DNA of 64,000 nucleotides from Candidatus Nomurabacteria bacterium (GTDB lineage: Bacteria; Patescibacteriota; Minisyncoccia; Phycocordibacterales; UBA9973), in NCBI GenBank assembly GCA_026395995.1, contig JAPLXQ010000010.1:2587-66586 (forward strand), read 5' to 3'. The notes beneath the pieces are model-generated. The model was given only the letters and a program-made list of their open reading frames with translations. It made no database searches and had not been told where the DNA came from. The position numbers were made by a program, and so were the translations under genes. Position 1 is the first letter of the stretch; every line of letters begins with the position of its first letter. Below are positions 1 through 8,684 of this stretch, piece by piece.

Positions 1-68
1 CGGATCAGGAGACAATTTTGGGGAGGTAAAGTAGTTTTATTTCACCTATTTTATGCTACAATAGCAAT

Positions 69-581
69 ATGAATTTAGCCAAAAGAATCAAAGAAAGAAT
101 TAAAGAAAAAGAGCATAAGCTTGATGTAAATTCTATTTATCAAACAAGTATTCACAATGTATTGGCTCATTCTTACTCATTTTATTTTATTGCATTTTTG
201 TTCGGTATTATTTTGGATTTTGTATATCCAGTTCAATCTTTTGATATTCATTCAATTCAACCACTAGGTCTTATTTTGTTAGCTATCTCTACTTTACTAA
301 TTCACTGGGCACAGAGAACTTCTCGAAACTTAAAGAAAGAGGAAATAAGTTATAAAAATTTTATGGTTGGACCGTATAAATTTTCTCGAATGCCTACACA
401 TTTGGGAATATTTATCCTACTTTTAGGTTTTGGTATTATTACAAATTCTTTTTGGGTAATATTGTTTTCTTTTTTCTCTTTTTTCATTACTAAAATGACC
501 TTTATTAAAACAGAAGAAAAAATTTTAGAAAAAAAATACGGTGAGCCTTATTTAAAATATAAAGATGTCGTTCACCTTTAG
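69..581 (+). CDS. isoprenylcysteine carboxylmethyltransferase / PEMT-family membrane methyltransferase
   Basis: TM helices, GPYKFSRMP motif and EEKILEKKYGEPYLKY C-terminal motif. Confidence 0.75.
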   Translation: MNLAKRIKERIKEKEHKLDVNSIYQTSIHNVLAHSYSFYFIAFLFGIILDFVYPVQSFDIHSIQPLGLILLAISTLLIHWAQRTSRNLKKEEISYKNFMVGPYKFSRMPTHLGIFILLLGFGIITNSFWVILFSFFSFFITKMTFIKTEEKILEKKYGEPYLKYKDVVHL

Positions 582-584
582 ATT

Positions 585-1232
585 ATGATTTACCTTTTTA
601 CGGGGGATGATACAAAAAAGAAGCGTCTCGCTTATGATAAGTTTGCTATTTCTATTCCTAAAGATGTAGAAAAATTTTTCATCATTAAGAATGATTTTGA
701 TTCCTTGCAACTGGAAAGCTTTTTGTCTTCCCAGGGTTTATTTTTTACCAAATGCGCTGTGTTTTTTGAAAATGCTTTCGAGAGAGAAGAAATGAAAGAT
801 TATATTCTCAGCAAGTTAGAGCAAATGAGTGAAGCAGGGAATGATTTTATATTTATGGCTTCAAAATTGAACAAGCCAGTTCTTGATGCTTTTAAAAAAG
901 CTCGCGCCGAAATCAATGCCTATGAATTGCCAAAGATGGCAAAAGAAAAATATGATAATTTTATTCTAGCTAATGATTTCGGCGTGAAAGATAAATTAAA
1001 CCTTTGGATTCATTATCGCCAAGCGGTAGATTTGGGTGTAAGTCTCGAAGAACTAGTAGGTATTTTGTTTTGGAAAGCGAAAGATGTGCTCGTGAAAAAG
1101 AGCTATGGTAAATTTAGTGAAACAGAATTAAAGAATTTTACTTCACAAATTTCATATATCTTACCCAAAGCCCGCGGAGAGGGAATAGATGCCGAAATAG
1201 CATTAGAAGAGTTTTTGCTAAAGTTTTTTTAA
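585..1232 (+). CDS. holA: DNA polymerase III delta subunit-like protein (short form)
   Basis: MIYLFTGDD N-terminus, GLF motif, C-terminal LEEFLL typical of HolA; only 215 aa. Confidence 0.6.
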   Translation: MIYLFTGDDTKKKRLAYDKFAISIPKDVEKFFIIKNDFDSLQLESFLSSQGLFFTKCAVFFENAFEREEMKDYILSKLEQMSEAGNDFIFMASKLNKPVLDAFKKARAEINAYELPKMAKEKYDNFILANDFGVKDKLNLWIHYRQAVDLGVSLEELVGILFWKAKDVLVKKSYGKFSETELKNFTSQISYILPKARGEGIDAEIALEEFLLKFF

Positions 1233-1236
1233 TCTG

Positions 1237-1309
1237 TGCGCTCGGAAGGAATCGAACCTTCGACCGTCTCCTTAAAAGGGAGCTGCTCTACCGACTGAGC
1301 TACGAGCGC
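1237..1309 (-). tRNA. tRNA-Lys(UUU)
   Basis: Reverse complement folds: acceptor GCGCTCG/CGAGCGC, anticodon loop CTTTTAA, T-loop TTCGATT; CCA not encoded. Confidence 0.95.
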
Positions 1310-1380
1310 ATATAATTTACTGGAACCGCTACGCCCGAGCTACGAGCGCATTTCTGTACATATGTGATAATATATCAAAT

Positions 1381-1860
1381 ATGACTAAAAATCAAGAGAA
1401 TATTTTAATTTTGCATAATATACGTAGTACTGAGAATGTCGGGGCGATGTTTCGTACTTCTGATGCCGTAGGGATAAACAAGATTTATATTACTGGATAT
1501 ACTCCGGCACCACTCGATAGATTCGGCAAAAAGAGAAATGATATTGCAAAGTCTGCACTTGGAGCTGAGGAATTTATATCTTGGGAGCAGAAAAAATTAG
1601 TCTGCCCTGTAATAGCTAAATTAAAAAGAGACGGCTTTAAAATAATTGCTATTGAGCAAGATAAAAAATCCATTGATTATAAAAAAGTAAAAATAGGAAA
1701 TAAAAATGTTTTTCTAGTAGGGAATGAGGTTACAGGAATAGATAAAAAGACATTAGAGAAATGTGATGTTATAGCCGAGATACCAATGAAAGGTAAAAAG
1801 GAGTCACTGAATGTTTCAGTTTCTTTTGGTGTCGCTATTTTTAGAATGCTAGGAATATAA
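1381..1860 (+). CDS. TrmH/SpoU family RNA methyltransferase
   Basis: NVGAMFRT, GNEVTG and IPMKGKKESLNVSVS SPOUT motifs. Confidence 0.9.
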   Translation: MTKNQENILILHNIRSTENVGAMFRTSDAVGINKIYITGYTPAPLDRFGKKRNDIAKSALGAEEFISWEQKKLVCPVIAKLKRDGFKIIAIEQDKKSIDYKKVKIGNKNVFLVGNEVTGIDKKTLEKCDVIAEIPMKGKKESLNVSVSFGVAIFRMLGI

Positions 1861-1889
1861 ATATACCCCACCCCAATGCTATGCATTTT

Positions 1890-1935
1890 CCCCTCCCCAT
1901 TTTTTGCAGAAAATGGGGAGGGGTCAGGGGAGGGG
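1890..1935. repeat. GC-rich palindromic element (hairpin + GGGGAGGGG tail), intergenic copy
   Basis: cccctccccattttt-tgc-agaaaatggggagggg followed by tcaggggagggg; abuts the stop of the small ORF at 1936. Confidence 0.8.
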
Positions 1936-2085
1936 CTAGTTTGTGGGTCCATAAGCTCCTCCAGTGGAGATTGGTGCAGGGGGATTGAGGAATGGCTTGT
2001 TACTATCTTTATTTGGTCCAATTAATAAATACCATACAAACCAAAGTACGATGAAGAATAATATAAGTTCTTTTAGATGATCCAT
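1936..2085 (-). CDS. small membrane protein (49 aa, not in ORF track)
   Basis: MDHLKELILFFIVLWFVWYLLIGPNKDSNKPFLNPPAPISTGGAYGPTN*, one TM helix; starts 5 nt after the fpg stop. Confidence 0.65.
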   Translation of the reverse strand: MDHLKELILFFIVLWFVWYLLIGPNKDSNKPFLNPPAPISTGGAYGPTN

Positions 2086-2090
2086 TTTTT

Positions 2091-2993
2091 TTATAAATTA
2101 ATTTGATGATAATTACAGAAGTGCGCACTTCTGCCGTTTACTATTTTTCTTATTATAGCACCACTGCACCCTTTTTTTCTACATTTTTCGCCAGTACGGC
2201 GATAAGCTTCGTGATGAAGCTGGAATGATCCTTTTTGACCATAAATATTCAGGTAGTCCGACATTGAGTCACCACCAAAATTAATTCCTTTTTTTAGTAA
2301 TTCTTGTGTAGCAGAAAAAATTTCTTGAAATTTTTTCTGCGGAATGTTTTTAATGAGTGTTTCAGGATGTAGACCGACTCGCCAAAGGATTTCATCAGAA
2401 TAAATATTGCCAATACCGGCGAGTATGCTCGGATTCATTAAAACTGTTTTAATCTTTCCATTTGGTTTTAAGATTAGACGTTCTTTTAATTTTTGCCAAG
2501 TAAAAGTTTTGTCGAGTGGTTCTGGTCCAATATTTTCTAGATGTTTTGTATTGTTTCGTGTCTCAGTATCGAGTAATGTTATTTTTCCGAATTTTCTGAC
2601 ATCTGAAAAGGCAAGATAGTAACCATTTGATAAAGTAAAAATTACATGAATAAAACGTCCAGTTTTTTGTTTTTGGTAAAATAAGCAGCCGGTCATTTTC
2701 ATGTGAATGAGTATAGTACTTTTTCTCCCCCTGTCTGAGGGGGAGTGGCCAGAGGCCGAGGGGGTGGGAGCAGATAAATTAATCAAAATATTTTTTGCAC
2801 GTCGTTCTACTGACAAGATTTTTTTACCAATAACTTCTTTTTTGAAATAGATAAAATACTTTGGATTTTTTACCGCATCTTTTTGACGCTGATCTTTGCT
2901 ATTTAAATCAGTCCAAACGTCCTTTATTTTGAGCCCTACAATTTCTTTTTGTAGTCCTCTAGTTGTCGTCTCTACTTCTGGTAGCTCAGGCAT
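2091..2993 (-). CDS. mutM: formamidopyrimidine-DNA glycosylase
   Basis: MPELPEVET N-terminus, H2TH GIGNIYSDE, C-terminal zinc finger; contains an in-frame palindrome insert. Confidence 0.95.
   Translation of the reverse strand: MPELPEVETTTRGLQKEIVGLKIKDVWTDLNSKDQRQKDAVKNPKYFIYFKKEVIGKKILSVERRAKNILINLSAPTPSASGHSPSDRGRKSTILIHMKMTGCLFYQKQKTGRFIHVIFTLSNGYYLAFSDVRKFGKITLLDTETRNNTKHLENIGPEPLDKTFTWQKLKERLILKPNGKIKTVLMNPSILAGIGNIYSDEILWRVGLHPETLIKNIPQKKFQEIFSATQELLKKGINFGGDSMSDYLNIYGQKGSFQLHHEAYRRTGEKCRKKGCSGAIIRKIVNGRSAHFCNYHQINL
2725..2769. repeat. GC-rich palindromic element inserted in frame in mutM
   Basis: ctccccct-gtctg-agggggag plus tggccagaggccg-agggggtggg; encodes PTPSASGHSPSDRGR. Confidence 0.8.
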
Positions 2994-3018
2994 GCTATGA
3001 TTATACTACATTTAATTT

Positions 3019-3894
3019 ATGACTAAATTTATTAGTACATTTTTAATAGCTTTTATTTGTGCCACACTCGGTGTGGCACCACTTTCTGCTATCGCTAAGA
3101 CTGGTGCAAGTAAGACTCAAGCTGAAGCTATAAAACCTGTACGTATTTTGATAGTTCCAGGGCATGACGATGAAGTCTGGGGTGCTCAATATAAAAATAT
3201 GAAAGAAGCTAGTATGACTTTGGCCTTAGGAACACAGATTTATAATTTATTAAAAAAAGACAAAAGATTTGAAGTTTATATCACACGTAATGGTAATGGA
3301 TACACAAAAGATTTTGCCGATTATTTCACGAATCATATGGATGAAATAAAATCTTTTAAACAGATAGCAAAGACACAAATGGCTGGCCAGCTGGCAGCAG
3401 GATTATTTGTTCAGAAAAAAAATACACCACATGCTTCCGTCAAAGAAATTGTAGCAGATAGACTTTATGGTTTGAATAAGTGGGCGAATGAAAATAATAT
3501 CGATGCGATGATTCATATTCACTTTGATGATTATCCACGTCCTCATGCTTGGACAATAGGTGATTATAAAGGTTTTGCTATTTATATGCCTGAGTCACAA
3601 TTCCCTAATGCAGCAAATAGTGCACTTCTTGCTGGTAATATTTTTGCGCAATTAGAAAAAAAATATATTACTAGTACTTATCCAGAAGAGAAAGGGGGAT
3701 TGATACCAGATCAAAAACTTATTGCCCTAGGAGCCAACGACACACTTTTACCCAGCACTCGTAGTGTCTTGGTAGAATACGGATATATTTATCAAAAAAT
3801 ATTCCGAAATAGCACCACTCGCCATCAGGCTTATAAAACCATGGCTGATCTAACTGTAAAAGGAATTATTAATTATTTCTTCCCGAAGAAGTAA
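3019..3894 (+). CDS. N-acetylmuramoyl-L-alanine amidase (Amidase_3)
   Basis: Signal peptide, ILIVPGH...E, IHIHFD and SVLVEYGYI zinc-binding motifs. Confidence 0.8.
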   Translation: MTKFISTFLIAFICATLGVAPLSAIAKTGASKTQAEAIKPVRILIVPGHDDEVWGAQYKNMKEASMTLALGTQIYNLLKKDKRFEVYITRNGNGYTKDFADYFTNHMDEIKSFKQIAKTQMAGQLAAGLFVQKKNTPHASVKEIVADRLYGLNKWANENNIDAMIHIHFDDYPRPHAWTIGDYKGFAIYMPESQFPNAANSALLAGNIFAQLEKKYITSTYPEEKGGLIPDQKLIALGANDTLLPSTRSVLVEYGYIYQKIFRNSTTRHQAYKTMADLTVKGIINYFFPKK

Positions 3895-3931
3895 GTTTGA
3901 CGTCTTATCTATATAAGTATATTATTGGTGT

Positions 3932-4108
3932 ATGGATGATGACAAAGCAAAAATTAAAGAAGAAATGGAACATATTCAAGGTATTTATGAGCTTTCTTTA
4001 GAAGATTCAAAAAAATATGAAGAAAGAAATAAAAATTTAATAAAAGATTTTAAAAAAGATGATAATAACGAAAAGATAGCAAATATAAGATCAAAATTAT
4101 TAATTTAA
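3932..4108 (+). CDS. small charged hypothetical protein (58 aa, not in ORF track)
   Basis: Open frame MDDDKAKIKEEMEHIQ...RSKLLI* preceded by TTGACG/TATATT promoter-like boxes. Confidence 0.5.
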   Translation: MDDDKAKIKEEMEHIQGIYELSLEDSKKYEERNKNLIKDFKKDDNNEKIANIRSKLLI

Positions 4109-4119
4109 ATTAAATATAT

Positions 4120-4827
4120 ATGAACGAAAATAAAACAATGGAAGACTCAAAAGAAGAAGCTCTAAAAATTAGAGAAAATACAAAACATACTCAAGAAAAT
4201 TTCCGTGCAATGTCTGCAGAAGATAGAAGTAAAACCGAGAATTTTTATTTCGGTTCTGAAATATATAATTTAAGTGTTGGCGATTTTGAAAAAGTAAAAC
4301 AAGATTCTGTAAATCTGATCCTCGCCAGTGAATCACAGAGTAGAGAAATTCAAGTGAAAAGCTTTAATTCTTTAAAAGAAAAAGGGTATCCTGAAGAAAA
4401 ATTAGGTGATTTAGGGAAAAAACTGGATTCTTCCTATGAAGAATATACAAAGACTATTGCGGGAAGAATCGATGATATTAAAAATATTCAGCTAAAAAGA
4501 GAAGAAAAAATAACTGCCAATTCGGTGGAAAATTCAGAGCATCCTGAAGTTAAAATACACCAAGAAGAAAGAGCTGAATTTAAAGAAAAACTAGCCGATA
4601 TGTTTAATAAAATGGATAATTCTGAAAATACAGATTTATTCTATCAAAGATTAGATGGTGTTTTAGATCAAGCTTCAAAGAATAAAGATTCTGATACATT
4701 GATTTATTTAAGACATCTTTCTAGTGAAAGAATGAATTCTTTAAAAGAAAGCAACAATGAAGAAGAAATAAATAAACTTTATTCATTTAATAAAAAACTT
4801 CAATCTTTTGAGGAACAAATAAAATAA
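4120..4827 (+). CDS. hypothetical coiled-coil protein
   Basis: Long ORF, E/K-rich, no recognised motif. Confidence 0.6.
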   Translation: MNENKTMEDSKEEALKIRENTKHTQENFRAMSAEDRSKTENFYFGSEIYNLSVGDFEKVKQDSVNLILASESQSREIQVKSFNSLKEKGYPEEKLGDLGKKLDSSYEEYTKTIAGRIDDIKNIQLKREEKITANSVENSEHPEVKIHQEERAEFKEKLADMFNKMDNSENTDLFYQRLDGVLDQASKNKDSDTLIYLRHLSSERMNSLKESNNEEEINKLYSFNKKLQSFEEQIK

Positions 4828-4830
4828 AAA

Positions 4831-4897
4831 TTATTTCCCTCCTAAATTCTTAAACGCTTCTTTTATTTTTGCATTAGTGTCGACAGCAGTGACATTT
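4831..4897 (-). repeat. duplicated 3' end of ruvA (direct repeat of 5632-5698)
   Basis: 42 bp identical (4856-4897 = 5657-5698); translates NVTAVDTNAKIKEAFKNLGGK* versus ruvA ...EALKILGGK*. Confidence 0.9.
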
Positions 4898-4900
4898 GAA

Positions 4901-4921
4901 TTACAAGGTCGAACCTTGTAA
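4901..4921. repeat. REP-like hairpin upstream of RAYT (second copy inside the gene at 5115-5131)
   Basis: ttacaaggt-cga-accttgtaa; acaaggtcgaaccttgt repeated in frame. Confidence 0.85.
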
Positions 4922-4950
4922 AAACTTTATTATATTGTTATCATGCATAT

Positions 4951-5625
4951 ATGACTAGAAGTATAGAATTTTCTATTGGTGAATTTTATCATCTCTATAA
5001 TAGAGGTACTGAAAAGAGAATCATTTTTAATAATAAAAATGATTATGAAAGATTCACTCTTCTTCTATATTTATGTAATAGCCTGAACAAAGTAGATTTA
5101 GGTGACTACCTAAGACAAGGTCGAACCTTGTTAGAACTTTTTGATTTAGAAAGAAATAACACCTTGGTTGATATCGGTGCATATTGTTTAATGCCAAATC
5201 ATTTCCATATTTTAGTTAAGGAAAAATTAGAGGGAGGAATTAGTTTATTTATGCAAAAACTAACAACAGCATATACTATGTATTTTAATAAAAAATATAA
5301 TCGTACAGGTACCTTATTTCAAGGGAAATTTAAAGGCAAACATGTAATAGGTTACAATTATTTAAAATATTTATTTGCATATATTGGATTAAACCCTATT
5401 AAATTAATAGATAAAAATTGGAAAGAAAATGGAATAAAAAATTTATTGGAAGCAAAAAACTTTTTAAGTAAATATGAATTTTCTAGTTTTGTAGATTTTT
5501 GTGATATATCAAGAAAACAAAAAGTTATTTTAGTGCTGGATAATTTTCCAAAATACTTTCTTTCTAAAAAAGAATTTAATGATTTTATAAATGACTGGTT
5601 GGATTATAGAGAACTAGAATTTTAG
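4951..5625 (+). CDS. REP-associated tyrosine transposase (RAYT, IS200/Y1 HUH family)
   Basis: FYHLYNRG, YCLMPNHFH (HUH), YTMYFNKKYNRTGTLFQG and YIGLNP motifs. Confidence 0.9.
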   Translation: MTRSIEFSIGEFYHLYNRGTEKRIIFNNKNDYERFTLLLYLCNSLNKVDLGDYLRQGRTLLELFDLERNNTLVDIGAYCLMPNHFHILVKEKLEGGISLFMQKLTTAYTMYFNKKYNRTGTLFQGKFKGKHVIGYNYLKYLFAYIGLNPIKLIDKNWKENGIKNLLEAKNFLSKYEFSSFVDFCDISRKQKVILVLDNFPKYFLSKKEFNDFINDWLDYRELEF

Positions 5626-5631
5626 TATTTT

Positions 5632-6204
5632 TTATTTTCCACCAAGAATTTTTAATGCTTCTTTTATTTTTGCATTAGTGTCGACAGCAGTGACATTTTT
5701 CAATGCATCACGAGCTTCATTTTGAGAGTAGCCGAGAGATTTGAGGGCTTCGAGTGCATCCATTTCTTCTTTGAGTGCTCCACCTGTCTTTTCATCTTTA
5801 AATTTGTCTCGAAGTTCGATGACAATTTTTTCGGCGGTTTTTCTACCAATACCAGAAATTTTTGTGAGATAAGAAATATCATTTGTACCGATGGCTTGGC
5901 GGAGAGTCTCAATAGAAGCGACACTCAAAATACCCAAAGCTCCTTTTGGTCCAATACCTGAGACACTGATCAGCATTTCAAAAAATTCCAATTCTTCTCT
6001 GTCGAGGAAACCATAAAGATCGAGGGCGTCTTCGCGGACGATGGTGTGAATCCAAAGAAAGATTTCATCAGACCTCACCCCCTGCCCCCTCTCCTGAAAG
6101 GAGAGGGGTTTATGGATATGTATCTTATAACCGACCCCGTTTGCTTCCACAATAATGAATTTGTCTGTTTTGAGTATTGTTTTGCCTTTTATGCTTCCAA
6201 TCAT
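5632..6204 (-). CDS. ruvA: Holliday junction branch migration protein RuvA
   Basis: GVGYKI, VREDALDLYGF, SVSGIGPK and GIGRKTAEKI motifs. Confidence 0.95.
   Translation of the reverse strand: MIGSIKGKTILKTDKFIIVEANGVGYKIHIHKPLSFQERGQGVRSDEIFLWIHTIVREDALDLYGFLDREELEFFEMLISVSGIGPKGALGILSVASIETLRQAIGTNDISYLTKISGIGRKTAEKIVIELRDKFKDEKTGGALKEEMDALEALKSLGYSQNEARDALKNVTAVDTNAKIKEALKILGGK
6073..6108. repeat. GC-rich palindromic element inserted in frame in ruvA
   Basis: cctcaccccctg-cccctctcct-gaa-aggagagggg; encodes PLSFQERGQGVR. Confidence 0.85.
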
Positions 6205-6229
6205 GATTTTAGTATAACATATTTATTTT

Positions 6230-6271
6230 CTCCCACTTTATAAGGGGGGGGTGGCTGAAAGCCGAGGGGGT
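6230..6271. repeat. GC-rich palindromic element, intergenic ruvA/rpsT
   Basis: ctcccactttataagggggggg-tggctgaaagccg-agggggt; same architecture as the mutM copy. Confidence 0.7.
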
Positions 6272-6311
6272 CATTTGCATTTTTTCTATATTTCTGTTAT
6301 GTTATACGTAT

Positions 6312-6563
6312 ATGCCAATAACAAAATCAGCTGAAAAAGCAATGCGTGGATCCCTTCGAAAGAAGGCTATTAATGACCGCCGAAAACGTGCCGTTAAAGA
6401 AGAAATTAAAAAGATATTAAAAGTTGTAAAGACTGATAAAACATCTATAGTAAAAATGCTTCCAACTGCTTTTCAAGCAATTGATAAAGCTGCTAAGAGT
6501 GGAGTTATCAAGAAAAATACTGCAGCTCGCAGAAAATCTCGTTTAGCAAGATTAACAAAATAA
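6312..6563 (+). CDS. rpsT: 30S ribosomal protein S20
   Basis: MPITKSAEKA...IDKAAKSGVIKKNTAARRKSRL. Confidence 0.95.
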   Translation: MPITKSAEKAMRGSLRKKAINDRRKRAVKEEIKKILKVVKTDKTSIVKMLPTAFQAIDKAAKSGVIKKNTAARRKSRLARLTK

Positions 6564-6565
6564 AT

Positions 6566-6595
6566 AAAAAAAGAAGTCGAAAGACTTCTTTTTTT
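6566..6595 (+). terminator. intrinsic terminator after rpsT
   Basis: aaaaaaagaagtc-gaaa-gacttcttttttt. Confidence 0.8.
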
Positions 6596-6611
6596 ATTGT
6601 ATAATGGACGT

Positions 6612-6893
6612 ATGAATCATTTATTAGAATTTTATGGAACTGAATGCCCACATTGCGTGAGTATGCACGAGCTTGTGGAAAAATTAGAAAAAGAAGAGGG
6701 TATAAAAGTGGAATCAATCGAGTGTTGGCACAACGAAGAAAATGCTAAAAGATTGGAAGAACTCGATAAAGATATGTGTGGAGGTGTACCATTTTTTTAC
6801 AATACTCAAACTAAGAAATTTATTTGTGGAGATGCCAATTATGGAATATTGAAAGCTTGGGCCAAAGGAGAACCTTTTACTCAAGACGAATAA
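6612..6893 (+). CDS. thioredoxin-like protein
   Basis: CPHC motif and cis-Pro GVP; start moved to the ATG 6 nt after TATAAT. Confidence 0.8.
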   Translation: MNHLLEFYGTECPHCVSMHELVEKLEKEEGIKVESIECWHNEENAKRLEELDKDMCGGVPFFYNTQTKKFICGDANYGILKAWAKGEPFTQDE

Positions 6894-6936
6894 TTTTTCC
6901 TTTCAATTTATCTAAAAATAAGCTAGTATAGGCCTT

Positions 6937-8412
6937 ATGTCAGCAGAAACAATCGTTCGATTCGATCAAGTGTTTTTTGAACACAGTATAAACAAACCAA
7001 TCCTCGAAGAGGTCTCTTTTTCTATTCGTCGTGGTTCAAAATTTACTTTGATGGGCCAGAATGGTGCCGGTAAAAGTACAATCTTTTCTTTAATCACTGG
7101 CGAGAAAAAACCAGAAGAGGGAATCATTAATGTTATGAATGGTGTGACGATAGCCTTGTCTAGGCAGGTTATTCCACGAGCTGATTTGGAACTCACAGTG
7201 AGAGAATTTTTTGAAAAATGTTTCGCTAAAAAGGTTTATGATATCGATGTAAAAATTGATGATATTTTGGAAGTGGTAAATTTGAAAGGTCATGAGAAAG
7301 TTCACGATCGAATAATCAAAACTTTTTCTGGTGGGCAACAAGCACGTTTACTCTTGGCCAGTGCACTTATTCAAAGTCCAGATTTACTTTTGCTTGATGA
7401 GCCGACAAACAATCTCGATAAGGCTGGTATTGCACACCTGACAGAATTTCTACGAAACTACAAAAAAACAGTCATCGTCATTTCCCACGATGCGGAATTC
7501 CTGAATGCTTTTACTGAAGGAGTTTTTTATTTAGATATTCATACGCGAAAAGTGGAGCAATATGTCGGTAACTATTTCAACGTGGTGAAAGATATCAAAG
7601 CTCGTATTGAAAGAGAAAATATGAAAAATGCTCAACTTGAAAAAACTATTCAAGCCAAGAAAGACCAAGCCAATGTCTTCGCTCACAAAGGGGGACGTCT
7701 ACGTCTCGTAGCTCGTCGTATGCGTGAACTCGCTGAAGATTTGGAAGAAGACATTGTGGATGTCCGCAAAGAAGATAAGGCTATTCGTCCATTTATTATC
7801 CCTGCCCAGCAAGATATGATCGGAGAGATAATAAACATTTCTGCTTACACTACGCTCAATCCAAAAACTCATAAAATAGTAAAACATAAAGCTCATATTT
7901 CTTTAAATAAAAATCAGCACTTGCTTTTGAAAGGTCCAAATGGAATTGGAAAAAGTACATTACTGGAAAGCTTGGCTAGTGGCCATGCCGAAGGTACAAA
8001 TATTAAAGAGGGAATCCGTATCGGATATTATCGCCAAGATTTTTCTACTTTGAATTTTGATCACACTGTCTATGAATCTTTGGCTTCAGCGATGGCTATC
8101 GGTGGAGAACGCCTTGATGAAGAGCGTATGCGCTCGATAGCTGCGAGTTTTCAAATTACTGGAGAATTTATCCGTACAAAAATCGGCAGTCTGTCTGAGG
8201 GGCAAAAAGGTCTCGTCGCCTTTGCTCGTCTCGTAATGGAAAAACCAGGGCTCCTCATTCTCGACGAGCCGACAAACCATATCAACTTCCGTCATTTGCC
8301 TGTAATTGCAAAAGCTCTCGATGAATACAAAGGCGCGATGATCCTCGTATCTCACGTTCAAGAATTCGTAGACCAAATTAGGATAGATGAAATTTTAGAT
8401 TTGGAGAAATAG
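6937..8412 (+). CDS. ABC-F family ATPase
   Basis: Two ABC domains (GQNGAGKS, GPNGIGKS, LLLDEPTN) and no TM segments. Confidence 0.9.
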   Translation: MSAETIVRFDQVFFEHSINKPILEEVSFSIRRGSKFTLMGQNGAGKSTIFSLITGEKKPEEGIINVMNGVTIALSRQVIPRADLELTVREFFEKCFAKKVYDIDVKIDDILEVVNLKGHEKVHDRIIKTFSGGQQARLLLASALIQSPDLLLLDEPTNNLDKAGIAHLTEFLRNYKKTVIVISHDAEFLNAFTEGVFYLDIHTRKVEQYVGNYFNVVKDIKARIERENMKNAQLEKTIQAKKDQANVFAHKGGRLRLVARRMRELAEDLEEDIVDVRKEDKAIRPFIIPAQQDMIGEIINISAYTTLNPKTHKIVKHKAHISLNKNQHLLLKGPNGIGKSTLLESLASGHAEGTNIKEGIRIGYYRQDFSTLNFDHTVYESLASAMAIGGERLDEERMRSIAASFQITGEFIRTKIGSLSEGQKGLVAFARLVMEKPGLLILDEPTNHINFRHLPVIAKALDEYKGAMILVSHVQEFVDQIRIDEILDLEK

Positions 8413-8502
8413 ATACAACCCCCTAAATCCCCCTTATCAAGGGGACTTTGAATGCTAAGCATTTTACCTTCCCTGATAAGGGGAGGTTAGGAGAGGTTGT
8501 AT
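8413..8502. repeat. inverted doublet of the GC-rich palindromic element (REPIN/MITE-like)
   Basis: atacaaccccctaaatcccccttatcaaggggac ... ccttccctgataaggggaggttaggagaggttgtat, directly after the ABC-F stop. Confidence 0.8.
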
Positions 8503-8684
8503 TTAAACCTTATTTTACAAGAAATTATATCTATTGACTTTTAATATTAATTATGATATACTTTCATTATAGGTTATTCTACTTCCTTAATTAGTAGATA
8601 TGGTGAGAATAGACAAACTCACTTAATGGCACTAAGCAATCAAATAATCTCGGCGTCGCACGTTGCGGTAAAATACATTGAAAA

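Noticed and set aside
1677-2021. 114-aa minus-strand ORF, and the many other antisense ORFs inside long genes
   Set aside because: Shadow frames overlapping well-supported CDSs; this one is partly translation of the palindromic element
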